In this document: positions 23,401 through 37,500 of the stretch, in pieces
Layout of the letters: every line of letters begins with the position of its first letter
Position numbering within the stretch: position 1 is the stretch's first letter
DNA from: Podarcis liolepis
Lineage: Eukaryota
Direction: 5' to 3' (one strand)
DNA length: 64,000 nucleotides
NCBI GenBank assembly: GCA_965112155.1
Contig: OZ218098.1
Translations under genes and position numbers: made by a program
Notes under the pieces: generated by a model
Databases searched by the model: none
The model's input: only the letters and a program-made list of their open reading frames with translations
Told to the model about the DNA's origin: nothing

Positions 23401-26400
23401 TCTCAATGACCCTTGACTTATTAAACTTGCATACCCTTCCATCATCTAAGCTGACCAAAATGTTCACAGCTATTTACCACCTAATTATATGTATTTTTGC
23501 AATTTGCAAGAGGGAATGGAAGGCGGAGGGGAGATGAAAAAGCAGGTTTTTCCAAAGCCAAATAAACAAGAACAGCAGCCAACTCACCGTAGCATTTTTA
23601 GCTCTTGGGCAGCCTTCAGGATTATTTCATGTTGCCTTTGACTAAGGACCATTACACCTCCCAACGACGGCTCAGAGGCTAAATTTGGCTCGTCTCCCAG
23701 CAATTCAGATGAGCGTGGTGGCAGAGGTGGTGGATCCAAACGATCATCTAAACGTGGGAACCTGTCGATTTCATCTGAATACCACCTATCTGAAAATCTT
23801 TCCCTTTCCCAATCACCCCTGTCCGGTGGGAAATCAGATGGTTCCCTCCATGTGTCATGTCTCTCTGGATACTCTCGAATTCTGAGCTCCCCCCGGTCTC
23901 TGGAATCTCTGTCGTAGAAATCCCTCTCTCTCTCCTCCAGCCATCGCTCCTCACGGTATCTGTCTAAAGGAGGAAGTGGAGGAAGGGGTGGCAAAGGTGG
24001 GAGAGGAGGTATGTCCAGATCACTAAGCGTATCTCTGTCGCCCAGTGATCTAAGGTAATCTCTGTCCCAGTCTCTTTCTGAATCACGATCATACATATCC
24101 AAGGGTCTTCGGACCCTGTCCAGATCTCTGTCTAGCTCTCTCTCTCTCCCCAATGGCCTTTCCCAGTCATCCCAATATGGTTCTCGTCTATCAAGATCAG
24201 CAGATATTGGAGGTAAAGGAGGTAGAGGGGGAAGAGGTGAAAGAGGTGGCAATGGATGACGGTGTGCTGACAAGTCATCTCTCTCATATGGATCAAGAGG
24301 ATCATCATGGTATCGCTGGTCGCGCTCAACCCAGTATCTGTCTCTTTCCCAATCCTCCAATCGTCTGCGCTCTAGAGGAGGAATATCTTGGTATTCAAAT
24401 GAGCGCTCCTCTTCCATGCCTGCCTCTCCGTAAGACCATGGAGGCCTGGGTGGTTCTTCACGAAATGGAGGCAAATTATCCATACCACCTCCAAGGCCTG
24501 TGTCACGTCTGTGCATATCCCTCTCCCGGCTACTAGGCCTTCTGACTGGGTCTCTCTCCCGGCTACTAGGTTGCCATCCTGGTCCCCTTTCACGGTTACC
24601 AGCCAGCCGGTCCAGTCCCCTTTCCTGACTACTGGGTTGCCTGCCTAAGCCCTTTTCACGGCTATCTGCATGGCCTCTTTCTCTGCTGCCCATCTGGGGA
24701 GCTGGTTCCCTGTCTCTAGCTGGTAACCCTCTGTCTTGGCTTCTCGATTGCCTTTCCAATGCCCCTTCCTGGTTGCTCGACTGTCCACCCACCCCAGATT
24801 CCCAACTGCCCGACTGGCCCTCTGGCATCCTGTTGTGGGTTCCTGGCCCACTGTTTAGATCTCTGCCACCTATATCTCTGGTCAGACCTCTACCTCTGTT
24901 TGGTACTCCCCTTCCTCTGGCATCATCAAATCGGCCTCGGCCTCGGCCCCTACCTCTATTGTCTTCCATTCTACCCTGGCCCCTGCCCCTGCCTGCTGGC
25001 CCTTTGGCCTGGTTATCTCCCAGCTTGATTTGTCCCCTCTCCCGGCTTTCCAGTTTAGATGGCTCTTTGCTCTGATTATTTTCAGAAGTAGTCAGTTTGT
25101 TTTCTGCAGAATTCATCTCTTTATTTCCCATTGGCGCTGTTAGTAACATTTTCTTCCCCCCTGGAACAGTGGAACCTGGTGTCTGATGGAGAACACCCGA
25201 AGTAAGAGGTTTTTTTGATTCTTCTGTTTGCAGTTCAGTCTCTGCAGAGCTTGGTTTCTTTGTTTCTAACACTGCTTCTCTGCCCTCTTTTCTGGATGAA
25301 TTTTGCTGTGCTTTAGACATGACTGTACCTGGCTGAACAGAACCAGTAACCTTTGTATCTGGTCTAGGTTTAGATTGATTTGCCACTGTCTGATTATTGC
25401 TCATATCAGTAAAAGATTCCTTATGTTCTGTCTGATGGTTCTGTTGTCCCAAAGGAGGCCTAGGCCCCTGCCACCGTGGTCCACTTGCTTGGGAAGTGCC
25501 TGAGGGAGTATAAAATGCTGCTGCTGGGCCCCGGGGGATCGTCCCCTGTTTGCCTGAAGATCCATCGACAAGCTGATTTTGAAATCTTGGCCTTGGACCA
25601 TCGAAACGTTGCCCTTGAAAATGAGGTCCTTGCTGTCTTGCAGGTTCAAATTTATCGAAGTCTCTTCCTCGTGGTGCATCAAATCTGTGTATTGAGAAAT
25701 GAGACATTTTATTCAAGTAAGAGATTTCGTGAGACTTTTTTATATAAAAACACTCCATAAATCCTCTTGAAAACAGCTGCCAAATTAAAATCTCATTAAG
25801 TAATAACGATACACAAAATTAACCAAAATTATTAGAATTGCTGCATGCAATGGAGCATGACAGAAACAAGTATTGGATTCACCCATATCTATGCTCATCT
25901 TCTCCACCTCTTCCTCAGATAGAAAGGAATGTCTGACTCAAGGGTCAGATTCAAGAACCACCTTATTTGGTTCATGGGGTGAAAGATGTAGACGCATGCA
26001 GTATTCTACTGAGTCAGGTGTCTTCATCCTTTGGGAAAAGCAGATAGAGGTTGAGGCACAGGTATGTGTGAGCCTGGGATTTACTTCCTGTCCTTTTAGG
26101 TGTAAGAAGTAGTGTCTGACCATGTTCTGGGCTCCAGAGAGCTTAGAAGTCTCACACTTCAGAAAACATAATTTTAAAGCATTTACTAAATTATAAACTG
26201 ATGATGACAACTGAGATTACACTGGAGTTACAAACAATAACAATTTATAATACAATATCTTCCTCTTATCTCTTTTGTGTGTGTGCAAACAAGACACCTG
26301 CAGAGCAATCACTTTTGCTGCTTTCAGGTGGGAACTGAAGATGATTTCACTTAGGAAGACTTTTGCTTTGTTGGGTAGCTGCTGGTTGTTGGTTTTTTGT

Positions 26401-29400
26401 TTTTTTAAAAAACTATATATAAACTGTTGCTAATTTTGTGTAAAGTGGGATATTACTAAATAGAGCAGCAGGAACAAAAGCACAAACTCTGCGTTTGGTT
26501 TGTTTTTTGTGAGACCAGAATTATACATTCGGCAGCAGACCTGAGTGCCCTGTGAACAGCAGCAGTTGAGTGACTCCCTCATGCTTTCCCCCAAGATGCA
26601 TTTGATGCACCATGGAGGAAAGTAATTGCCATACTGGGATGTGAATGGATTTACTCCTTCCTTCACCCTGCAGCCCACACCTGAGTACACTCTGCATCTA
26701 AGTTTTATTTTTAATTCTCCATTTCCCCCGAGTATACGGATGCCTCCATCTTGTTTGTGAGTGAAGCTGTTTTGACTACAAAGCTTCTGGCACTTAACCT
26801 GATTAGCATTATGAGGACTGGTACTACAGGCTCCCACAGATTTGGTTCAAGCATTGCCCCTCACCAAGAGAATTATCAAGTAAAGAACAGACACTTCTAT
26901 TGGTTTCTAAGGACACTCATGGTGGCTAAATTCCTAATGCTTCAATATTGGAAGGAGGAGTCCACTTGCCACCCCTGTGCACCATAATCATGGACAGAGG
27001 ACATGACAACTGGCAGCATATGAGATGGTGACCTTCTGTAAACATAAGGAAGATGGGGAAGCCTCCTACTAAAGGTCTATTTACTTGAATATCTGGTCAC
27101 TGGGTTTGTTCTGGACCACCAGCTGCTCCTCCTTTCCCTTTGGAACATTCAATTAAAAAGCTACTAACAACACACAAAATGAAAAAAAGAAAAAAGAACT
27201 GGCTTTGGGTATTTCAAGAAATACTCTGGAAGAACGTATGAGGTTAAAATATGGTAAAGCATAAGATTAAAATAGGCCAGGGATGCCATTGGGCGGGCAA
27301 CAACCACTAAATGCGCACAGTCACATGAAATACCATGTCCTACTGGCAAAGCACACAGGATTACATAACAATATTTAAGAGTGTTTCTACTGTACTATCA
27401 TCCAAAACAGCATTGCCATACAAAAATGAGACAGAAAGAAAACCTACCTTGACACCCTTGGACCTTCATGGTGCTGTCCCCTGGCAGAATCAGGAAACCC
27501 GGCTGACCTCCCTGGTCTGCTCTGATAGGTAGTAGTGGTGCTGGTGGTGGATGCAGATGAGAAGGACACTGTAGACTGAGGTTTCACTTCAGCAGAAGTT
27601 AGTTCTGATGAAACAGAACCAAATGGCATTGCCTGTTTGCCCAGAGGCGCAAAAGAACTGCCTTGGTCTGAAGTGCTAGCAGATGATGTCACATTTGAGT
27701 GGTAATTCTGGGTGGCAGATGTATCAGTAGTTTTAAAAGAAAAGGAAGCAGGGGTGGGAAGAAGAGGTGGCCTGGTTGCATCCATTGTAGCGTGGGTCAT
27801 GGCAGGAGAAACTGTAGCCTTAAATGAAAAGGAAGAAGCAGAAGAAGGGGTGGGAAGCAGGCCTGGCCTGACAGTATCCATGGCCGGGGTGATGACGGGT
27901 GTATCATTACCTTTAAAAGGGAAAGCAGGGGTGGGAAGCAGAGGTGGCCTAGTTGCCTCCATGTTCTGGGACGTGGCAGGAGACTCAGTTGCTTTAAATG
28001 AAAAAGAAGCAGCGGTAGGGGTAGGAAGCAGACCTTGCTTGGCCATCTCCGTAGTCTGGGGAGTGGGAAGTGACTCTTTAAATGAGAAAGAGGCAGGAGA
28101 AGGAAATGGAGGTGGCCTGGTTGTCTCTGAGGCCTGTGAGGTGGTAGAAGACTCAGTTACCTTAAATGAAAAAGAAGCTGCGGAAGGAGTAGGAAGTAGA
28201 CCTGGCCTGGGCATTTCTGTACTTTGGGTAGTGGGAAGTGACTCGGTAACTTTAAAAGAACCAGGAGTAGGGTACAAATTTGGCCTCGGTGTTTCAGTGC
28301 TCTGGGTGCTCTGAGGACCAGATTCTTTTGAAATAGGCATATCAGACTTTTGTGGGCCAGAAGAGAATCCAGTGGAAGGTGGAGGCAGTGCAGCTGAGGG
28401 CAAAGGAGGCTGCCCAACGGACATACCACTTTGTACTGTTTGAGAATATGCAGAAAATGCAGGCGGCAAAGTTACACTCCCAGGATACTGACTGGTCATG
28501 TTCCGAAGAGACTTCACTTTCTCCTGAAGGTGGGTGTAAGTGACTTTCATCTGTCCCTGCCACATTTTCCACTGTTTCTCACACTCATGAAGTTGGTCTT
28601 TGTGAGGGTAGGCCTGAATTTGATCCTGCCACTGCTGAAATTCACGTTCCCACTCCTTGTAAAGTGGCTGGAACTGTTTGTTCTGTGCTTCATAATGCTG
28701 TAGCTGCGTATCCACTGACATTGTCTGCCAGAAAGAAAAGGTAGTAAGGAACACCCTTTAAGTTAGTTCAATGTACTCACAATGCTTTAGACACAAACAT
28801 ATCTTACTTGTCGCATAGCAAAGCACAGGTCTGTACACTGAACACTGTTCATGCTTTCCAACAGCTTCCATGAAATTGTTGTGCTTTAAAGGTGAAGCCA
28901 TAGATTTGGGCCTTTGAACTTTATTTTTCTTTAACATCACAGATTCACCCCCTACCAAACTAAAATGATTCTACACTCTGACTCTAAATATATTGCATGA
29001 TTAAACCTACTGAAAAATTGGAAATTCTTTCTACATAGTCTATTTAGATTAGTGAACATATTTTTTAGTTTTCCTCTCACAAGGAAGATGCTTCAATATA
29101 AAGTATTACTTTTCTTCTTCTCGGTTCAATTTCTTGCCCACTCTTCATTGATTCACTATTACAGGGCAGCTTACAGCATAAAACAAGACTGAAATGTTAG
29201 CTTCTTGTCTGCTTTTTCAGAAGTTAACATGTAGTCAATGAGCAAAGGTCTACATCAGAGTTGGGGAACTTTCTTCTCTGATGGTTCAGATCTGTATCTG
29301 CCTCACGGGTCAAAATTTGGCAGTTTGCCCATCAGTCATAATGATGTCAAGGTGATGATGCTCTTTGAAGGTGCACTCCCAGAGCAGCTCCAAAGAGGCT

Positions 29401-32400
29401 TGCTCCAGCATCACAAATGAGTTTGCATTGAAACCCCTGCTTGAATGGAGATCCCTCCCTCCACTTCAGCAGGGGCTTCAGTGCAAGTCCTAGAGCAAGG
29501 CACAATCTAACCACTCACTGGTAGATCAGGATCGGCTGATGGGTGATTGAAGCATGCCTTGCTCAAAGCAAAAGAATAATCGGGAGCTCACTTTACTCTC
29601 CCAGTTGTTCATTTGGAGCCACCTTGGTAACTGCTCCACACCTGAAGTGACATACAATGTGGTGGGATGGAAGGCTGTGCTTTACCAAGAACAGCTTGCT
29701 GGGCCAAACTGGAACCTCTAACAGGCCAAAGCTGACCTGTGGACCACCATGAAGAGTCATTAAACTCTGTTAGCACCATTAAATTGTATTAAGTATCTCA
29801 CTCAAGTGGGAAAAATATGGATCAAATCATATTACTTTAATGACTCACTGGCAAGTGCGACAACTGTATGATCTGTTGGTAGCGCTGTAGAATTTGTTGC
29901 AACTGTGCATGCTGCTGCATTATTCTCTGATACTGGAAACCCACTCGCTGCTGTGGATGCTGTTGCCATTGTGTGGCTGCCGCCTGTAGCTGCTGTAATC
30001 TCAAACTTTCCTCAGGATCCTCTGGTGGTTCAATGCTCAACTGGAGGAATAAGCAAATATCAAATAATAGAAAACTTGTTCAATCATACAGCACAGCAGT
30101 TATACAGCTCGAATCATTGTCAGTACTGGGGAAAGTAGTTGTACATGCCCGAAAGCAAGCAAATACAGAGGGTTTTGTCCCATCCTCCCCTTCTTCAACA
30201 AGTTAAATAGTCCAGGCACAGCATAATGTAACTGCATGTCTATGGTAGAAAGTATATCTGACCACAAGTAAGCAGGATTATCCCAGTTCCTCCTTTTCAA
30301 ATACAGATTTTTATTTTTAGTGAGAATCTCCTACCAAAAATTTTTAACTACTTAATCACTACTTCCCAAGAGCACTGCTTTTTGTTGCCAGAACACATAA
30401 AAACTAAACAGGTATTTTACAACTATCAGAATTTATTGCACTATCAAGAGATATGCTAGTGCAATAAATTCTGATAGTTGCCCTATTCCATGATCTGTTG
30501 TGCAAGACACTGGATGATATACAACTAAGGACTCAGCTATACAGTTACAAATAAAATGTTTTAAGTATGTTTCAAGTGCAATATACAATGTGACACTATA
30601 TGGCGATGGTGAGCCTTATGGAAAATTCAATGTATTTTTTAAAACACTTTTTTTAAAAAAAAGCATTTTCAGAACAGTTTTTTATATGTGTATAGATTCT
30701 ACCTAAGTCATATTCAGAGTAGACCCACTGAAATAAGTAAATTAGTTACTTGAGTCTACTGATTGCAAACCATAAATCCTCACTCACAGGAGAGTGGCCT
30801 CTACAAGACACCAGGGCATCACATATAACCCAGAATAATTGTAATTAGATTACAATGGTAAATAGCTGAAACATAGAATCATAGAATCATAGAGTTGGAA
30901 GAGACCGCAAGGGCCATCGCGTCCAACCCCCTGCCAAGCAGGAAACACCATCAGAGCACTCCTGACATAACTCTGTCCAATAAATCTATGCACAGCATAT
31001 TAACAAAACTTTAATTGTTTAGCTTAAATAAAGACTTATGCCAGATACAAACTTAGGTAAGTACAAACTGTTGGTAATCTGAGATAATAAGACACATCCA
31101 CAATGCTTTTATATTTATTGGAGGCCACCCAAAGTGGCTGGGGGCAACCTAGTCAGAAGGGTGGGTTACACATAAAAAATATATTATTATTATTATTATT
31201 ATCTAAGTTGTGCTCACAGTAAAAGTTACTACACAGAAGCAGAGCCAGTAAGGTCCAGATCTTTTACTGTTGCAGAAGTAACAGACTGAGCAAACAGAAA
31301 AATAACTTCCAGTTTGAAGGCTTTTCATATACAGAGTGTCCCTGTAGCTCTAATTCCAAGGCTTCAACTGCAATAGTAACATCAACACAAAACTAGCTAG
31401 CATACGTTAATCACATCAATATAGCTAGAGTTCCAAGGCCATTATCACAGCAACTGGCTCATTTGACCTTACACCTCACACATCAGGTGATTTATGCCCA
31501 TGAAGGAAATTCCTTCCTTCCTATGCCCAGCTACTCCAACACAAACCTATACCAGTTAGCATAAGAATCTCATGCACTGCAAGGACTCACTTAACTCAGA
31601 GATCCTCAGCTAAACTAATAGGTGGTAGGCAAATTCTGATTTCAAGGAAGACGGCAAAAATCCTGACTGAATAATCTTAACACCATATGGACACCAACAG
31701 TTGGCCCAAAAATAAGGTTGTAATCCTATACACATTTGCCTAGAAATAAGACCCACTGAAAACTAGGTAATGGAACTAGCTAATAAGTAGATCTGTTTAG
31801 CTTTATGCTGTTAAGTTTGTTGAACTTTAGCTGAAGTACAGTCCCATTGATTTTCGTGTAATCAAAATATTGTCTAAGTACACCTAAATTAGTCTGGATC
31901 CCTGACTATTAAGTCCAGTCACAGACGGCTCTGGGGTTGCGGCGCTCATCTCGCTTTACAGGCCAAGGAAGCTGGCGTTTGTCCGCAGACAGTTTTTCTG
32001 GGTCATGTGGCCAGCATGACTAAACCACTTCTGGTGCAATGAAACACCGAAACCAGAGCAACGGAAACGCAGTTTGTCTTCCCGCTGTAGTGGTACCTAT
32101 TTATCTACTTGAACTTTTTGGCATGCTTTTGAACTGGTAGGTTGACAGGAGCTGGGACTGAGAAACGGGAGTTCACCCCGTCGCGGGGATTTGAACTGCT
32201 GACCTTCTGATTGGCAAGCCCAAGAGGCTCGGGTGGTTTAGACCACAGCGCCACCTGCATCCTACCTTGGGGCTATAAAATGAGATAAAAGTGTTCCAAA
32301 AAAAGAACAAACAGATGCTGGACCAAGACTTTAGGGTTACTGGGGATATTTAATTCTTCCAGAGTAGTCAAATTATCACTTTAGGACCATACCACTTTTA

Positions 32401-34477
32401 ATGATGGCTGATGAACTAATTAATTGGTGATGTGCCCAGGAATTTATTTACCTAATACTTGCCCTTGTAAATAATACATCATTTTAAGTCTTAGCAATTA
32501 AATCCAATCACCAGAAATAACAATTCACTCTTGTCAGAAACTGTAGGAGAAATCCTACATACACTGAATGCTTCAAACCAAGAGAAGAGATGTATTGTAT
32601 CTTCGTATTATTTTATGGTATTTTATGCTTTATTGTATTTGCACATTATGTTGTACACTTCCTTCCTATTTTAAAATAAAAATACAGAAATATAACTGGC
32701 CTATCACAACATATGAAATCCATAGAATGGTCAGAATAGAATGTAAAGGAGGTGTTGGTGCTTTGTGTGTCAGTGGGGGCACTGAATCCAAAATTCAGAA
32801 ATAGAAAAACAAACTTCTGGGTAGAGAACAGCACACCAAAAGAGTAAGTAAAATATAAGGAACACACTTAATATTAAACCATAGTTTAAAATGAACTATG
32901 GTTTAGCACAATGTGTATGCTGTTTAAAAGTCCACACCACAGCTCCCCAGCTCACAGCTTTATTGCACCAGGGAGGAAACAAACCAGAAGCTGGCTTTGC
33001 ATTATGTATACTCTCATGGTTTATCTCCAGACAAATTATGAGTGCTGGTTCACATGCCAGTCTCTGCTTTGTTTCCTCCTTGGCACACCAGTCAAAAGTG
33101 GGGGATCAGCATAGTGAGGACTTCTGAGCAGCATGCAACAGAATTTATTTTTAACATTACATGCAAACTGGGCTAATATCATTCCCCTATCCCAAACTTT
33201 GATGGTGATCTTTAAATGGAAAAGGTAGTTAGGTAGGCAATTGAAACAGAAGATGAAATAATAATGGGTTACTTCAACCACCCCTAAACTGGCTGGGTAA
33301 CAGGTCATGGCAGAGTCAAAATTTCTAGATAGAAAGAGTTTGGATCCTAATTGCCTGGGATCTGGCAGAAGATTGTAGAATTGCTTGAAACACTGATCAA
33401 ATCTCTGTCAAACTCAACATACAAAAGATTAGAAAACTGCCAACAAACACTCAACACGGTCATACTTAATTTAAAACAAAAAGATCTGCAAAAACAAAGA
33501 GGATTCCTATTAAACTGAAGAGAGAACAAACTCTGGCAAACTGAATGCAAATCAACAATAAAACAAGCAAAAATCAACAACCTGAGAGACACACTGAATT
33601 TATTAAAATAAATATTAAACAAAACTAAGACTCACAGCAGAATGTTACAATGTGGAGTGCTCAGTCTCTAAACTGTTCCCTCCTCCTTCAAGGACACTCC
33701 ATTCTTCCCCTTTTCAGATGTTTGTTTAAACCTAACAGATGCCACTCAACATTCTGCAATCACTGAACATGCTCAAGTCTTCACTGGGCTGTTTTTGGGA
33801 AAGTTCCCATCCATCTATGCTCTTTTTCCTAAAGTTTTTTTCTACCTCTGCAATCTTTGGATACCTTTGAGCACAAAAATACCTCCAACTTAGTTTTCAG
33901 CTGCCCCATTTTGACTACAGTCCTCTCAACACTCACCAACTGAGATTGTGATATGATCAGAACACACTCTACAGAGAAAACCAACTAGTGGAGGGTAGCA
34001 GAAACTTTTAAGATGATAAAGGTGTAAAAAGAATACTGACGGATTATAGCAAAACTGCAAAAAATATTATTTCTATTGGTCAAAAATGTTGGTCAGTTAA
34101 TTAAATAAATATGTAATAGTATTAAAGTCAACCTTCTTATCTAAAATGCGTTTTGATATAAAGAGGGCATCCAGATAGTTAGAGACCTGCCAGCCCAATT
34201 TCAGTTCCATATAAAATGAAAGAAAGCATTAAGAATTGTCAAACATAACAAGAAGAAGTCTTACTAAAAGAGGATAAGTATTGCTTCAACAAAGGGAAAT
34301 ATTAACTTTCTACATTTCTTTTGAAGATACATATTACATATGACCAAAAGGTTTTTGGCTAAGTCATTTGGTCAATGTATAAGTGGAGACGCTCTTACAG
34401 ATTAGGATAAAAAATAAGGAAGACGATGACGTAGTGATAAAATGGGCAAGAAGGGACATAGGAAGTTGCTTTATACC

Positions 34478-34514
<37 letters not shown>

Positions 34515-37500
34515 TTTATTTATATCCCGCCCTCCCCAGCCGAAGCCGGGCTCAGGGCGGCTAACAACAATAAAACAGTACAAAAGTACAGCATAAACAA
34601 CACTCTAAAATCATTCATTATAAAATTAATTAATCAAGTCAGAACACAGGTCTATCTACCTCAGTACTGTCTACACTGAATGACAGTAACCCCTCTAGAC
34701 AGGAGTGTTTCTCAGTCCTATCTAAAGATTGAACATGCAACCACTTGCTAGCAAAACATGTGCTCTACTACGGAGTCACCATTTACACAACAGAGGGACA
34801 ACGGATCCCACAGAGATCTTTATAGGGGCTTGCTGGGTTATATTATTAATAATTCATCTGCAATAGGACTGAACAGTGTGGCAGTGAAGTCTGTAGATGA
34901 CACCTAATTAGTTAGGATGGTAAAATCCCAGGTAGTTGTGAAAAGCTTTAAAAAGAATTTATCCAAAATGGAAAATAAGGATTAAAATACAAGTACATAA
35001 GATTCCATGTAAGCGAAATGTGATGCGTATGATTTGAAAAAACTCTAACCTTATATGCATACTAGTGGCACCCAATCTGGCTGCAACTAATCAGGAAATA
35101 GAGACAATCACTGGTTGAAATGACTTTATAAAAGGAGTAGACTAATTAATGGAGAACAAACTTATGAAAGTGTAGTATCTTGATAAGTAAACAGTATCCA
35201 TGATACAGAGTCAGTCAGTCTCTCTCTCTCTTTCTCTCTCTCTCTCTTTGTATGAGATGCTGCCAGGCAGGGTGGGGAGGAAATACAAGGTGCCTCTCAC
35301 CAGCATTGTCTGATCCACAGTGGATAAATAAGACTAGACTTATCTCTGTGAATTATGGTTTGCTCCAGCATGGCAACCCTTATGGTCTTAAAGCTTGATC
35401 CTAATATGGAGATGTAATTGTTTTACAGTATTGGAAATATGTAATGCAACTTCTTCCTGAACGCAAAGTCAACACAGAAGCACAAATAATTATACCATGT
35501 TATCGTTTGGTACCTTCAAGTAATGAAGATACCCAAAGAAAGCTTTGAATAGCAGTACCTTCTTTGAGACTTTCCACTCCACATACAGACATCCCCCAAT
35601 ACACACAGCATTTCCACAAGATGATTAAACTCCACATGACAGAATGCTAAACATTCTGAACTGGACGTCAAAACGGCCAGCCATTTGCTAGCAAAACATG
35701 TGCTCTACTACAAGGTCACCATTTACAGAACAGGGAGACAATGGATCCCACAGAGATCTTTATAGGGACTTGCAGTTCATTTCTGATTCATTACATTTAT
35801 CTCCTCAACCTATGCTAAAGATGCAAGGAAGATTTATACACTTGCTATGAAATGTATTTTTAAAAAACTTCAATACTTTTTAAAGAAAAGCACATAAACC
35901 CCATGATTGTTGTCTTTAAGGCTTGTATCAGGGCCATGTAAACCACAACTGATCAGCAAAAGTTCTCATAAATCATTCCTGTGTTCTAAGCCTACTGCAC
36001 CAGGGCCCTATTTTTTCCAATCAGTCCTTCCAGACAATCTGAAATAACAAAAGAATGAATACAACACATAATGACACCTCTGTGCACAGCATACCTTGGG
36101 CTCAACGGATGACAAAGGAAGGTCATCACCTTTGGGCTGTGGTAATTTGGGCTCAGAAAGCAAAGGGGGGTCAGAAAGCACATCAGAAATGGGTATTTCC
36201 CTTTCTTCTTGCCTCTGCTCAGGAGCATCATTTACCACTCCTAGGCCTGATGGCAGCTGCTGTCCCAGTGCATGTGCTTTTGCCTTTTGCTGCAGAGTAA
36301 GCAGATGCTGTTGATACCAAAATTGCTGCTGTTCCTATAACAAAAAAGATGAGAAGTACAGTAGTATCTAGGCTTAAGAGACAAGGTCATATCCTAGAAA
36401 GAAAGCTACATTAACCACTGAAAAATGGCAAATGTGCCTCATTTTCAAAGGACACTTGGACCTACTTTTGAAAAAACCAAGAGTAGCATCCAACACTGTA
36501 GTCTCATTTGTTCAGCAGACTTCTGAATGCATAACGTAAGTTATCCTCCTTCTTCTGCCACACCAGCAAGCCCCTGTGTGCCCTAAAGTCTGCTTGAGAG
36601 AATTGGAGAACCCTCTGAAACAAATTTTGGGGGTACACAGAAGGAAGGGGAGGTCCCATTCCACAAGAGGAAATTTTCTGGCACAGCACTGGATACGACC
36701 CCAGGTTGCTACAGCTATTCCTTTGGTGTAAGCATCAAAAGGCCCAGTGAAAATATAGGCCTTTAAATAGGATTTTAATTATGGAATGGTTTCGTAATTG
36801 GTGGCCTTTAATCTGTCAATAATCATAACATTTTTATCATTTTTGCTTAAACATCGAGTGTCCATGTTTCCTTTATTTTACTTCCTTTCATTATGACTGA
36901 TTCTGTTTTTCAATCTGGTCTAGAATACAGTATTGTCAGAAGGGCAGGGCAAGAAAGTTTCAAATAAATTCATATATAAATAACAGAAAAATGGGGTTTA
37001 TAGTTTTAAAATTACTTTAGCACTGTGATTTATACTGTTTTATGTACATTGTTTCAGAATAAATCTCAAAGTGGAACATCAGATAAAACAATTCAGAATA
37101 AAACAAATTCAAGATTTAAAGAAAACATTCCAGATCCTTCAAGGGACATTTTGATTTCCCCAGTCACCAATCTAGTATCTAGCAATCTCCATGTGGTTGC
37201 AAATGGACCTGTAACAGTCGCAAAATGACCTTTCCTAATTTCTAACATTCTCAGAAGCGGGCTGGTCTGGCCCATGGTGACCCTCCTAAGCACGTTTTGC
37301 ACAAGTGGGGACATTAATACATACACCCCTGTTATCCCATACATGCAAGAAGCTCAGCAAGAACCCAACACCAAATTTGTAAGCATTACAATGACCTGTA
37401 CAAACCGATATCAGACTTGTTACAATGTGCTTATATGCTTGGTTAAACAAGGAGCATGTTTTCCCCCAGATTCTACAGTAAAAAACACCATTGTGCAGGT

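Noticed and set aside
27712-28314. 200-aa plus-strand ORF with repeats (EKEAAEGVGSRPGL)
   Set aside because: Antisense shadow of the YLPM1 exon-4 repeat; no ATG start or promoter evidence.
30444-30456. Hairpin loop TCAAGAGA resembles the synthetic shRNA loop TTCAAGAGA
   Set aside because: The loop is 13 nt, with no Pol III promoter, T-run terminator or vector sequence nearby; treated as coincidence.
34383-34679. Poly-Ile / poly-Tyr ORFs
   Set aside because: Translations of the (TAA)n microsatellite tail.
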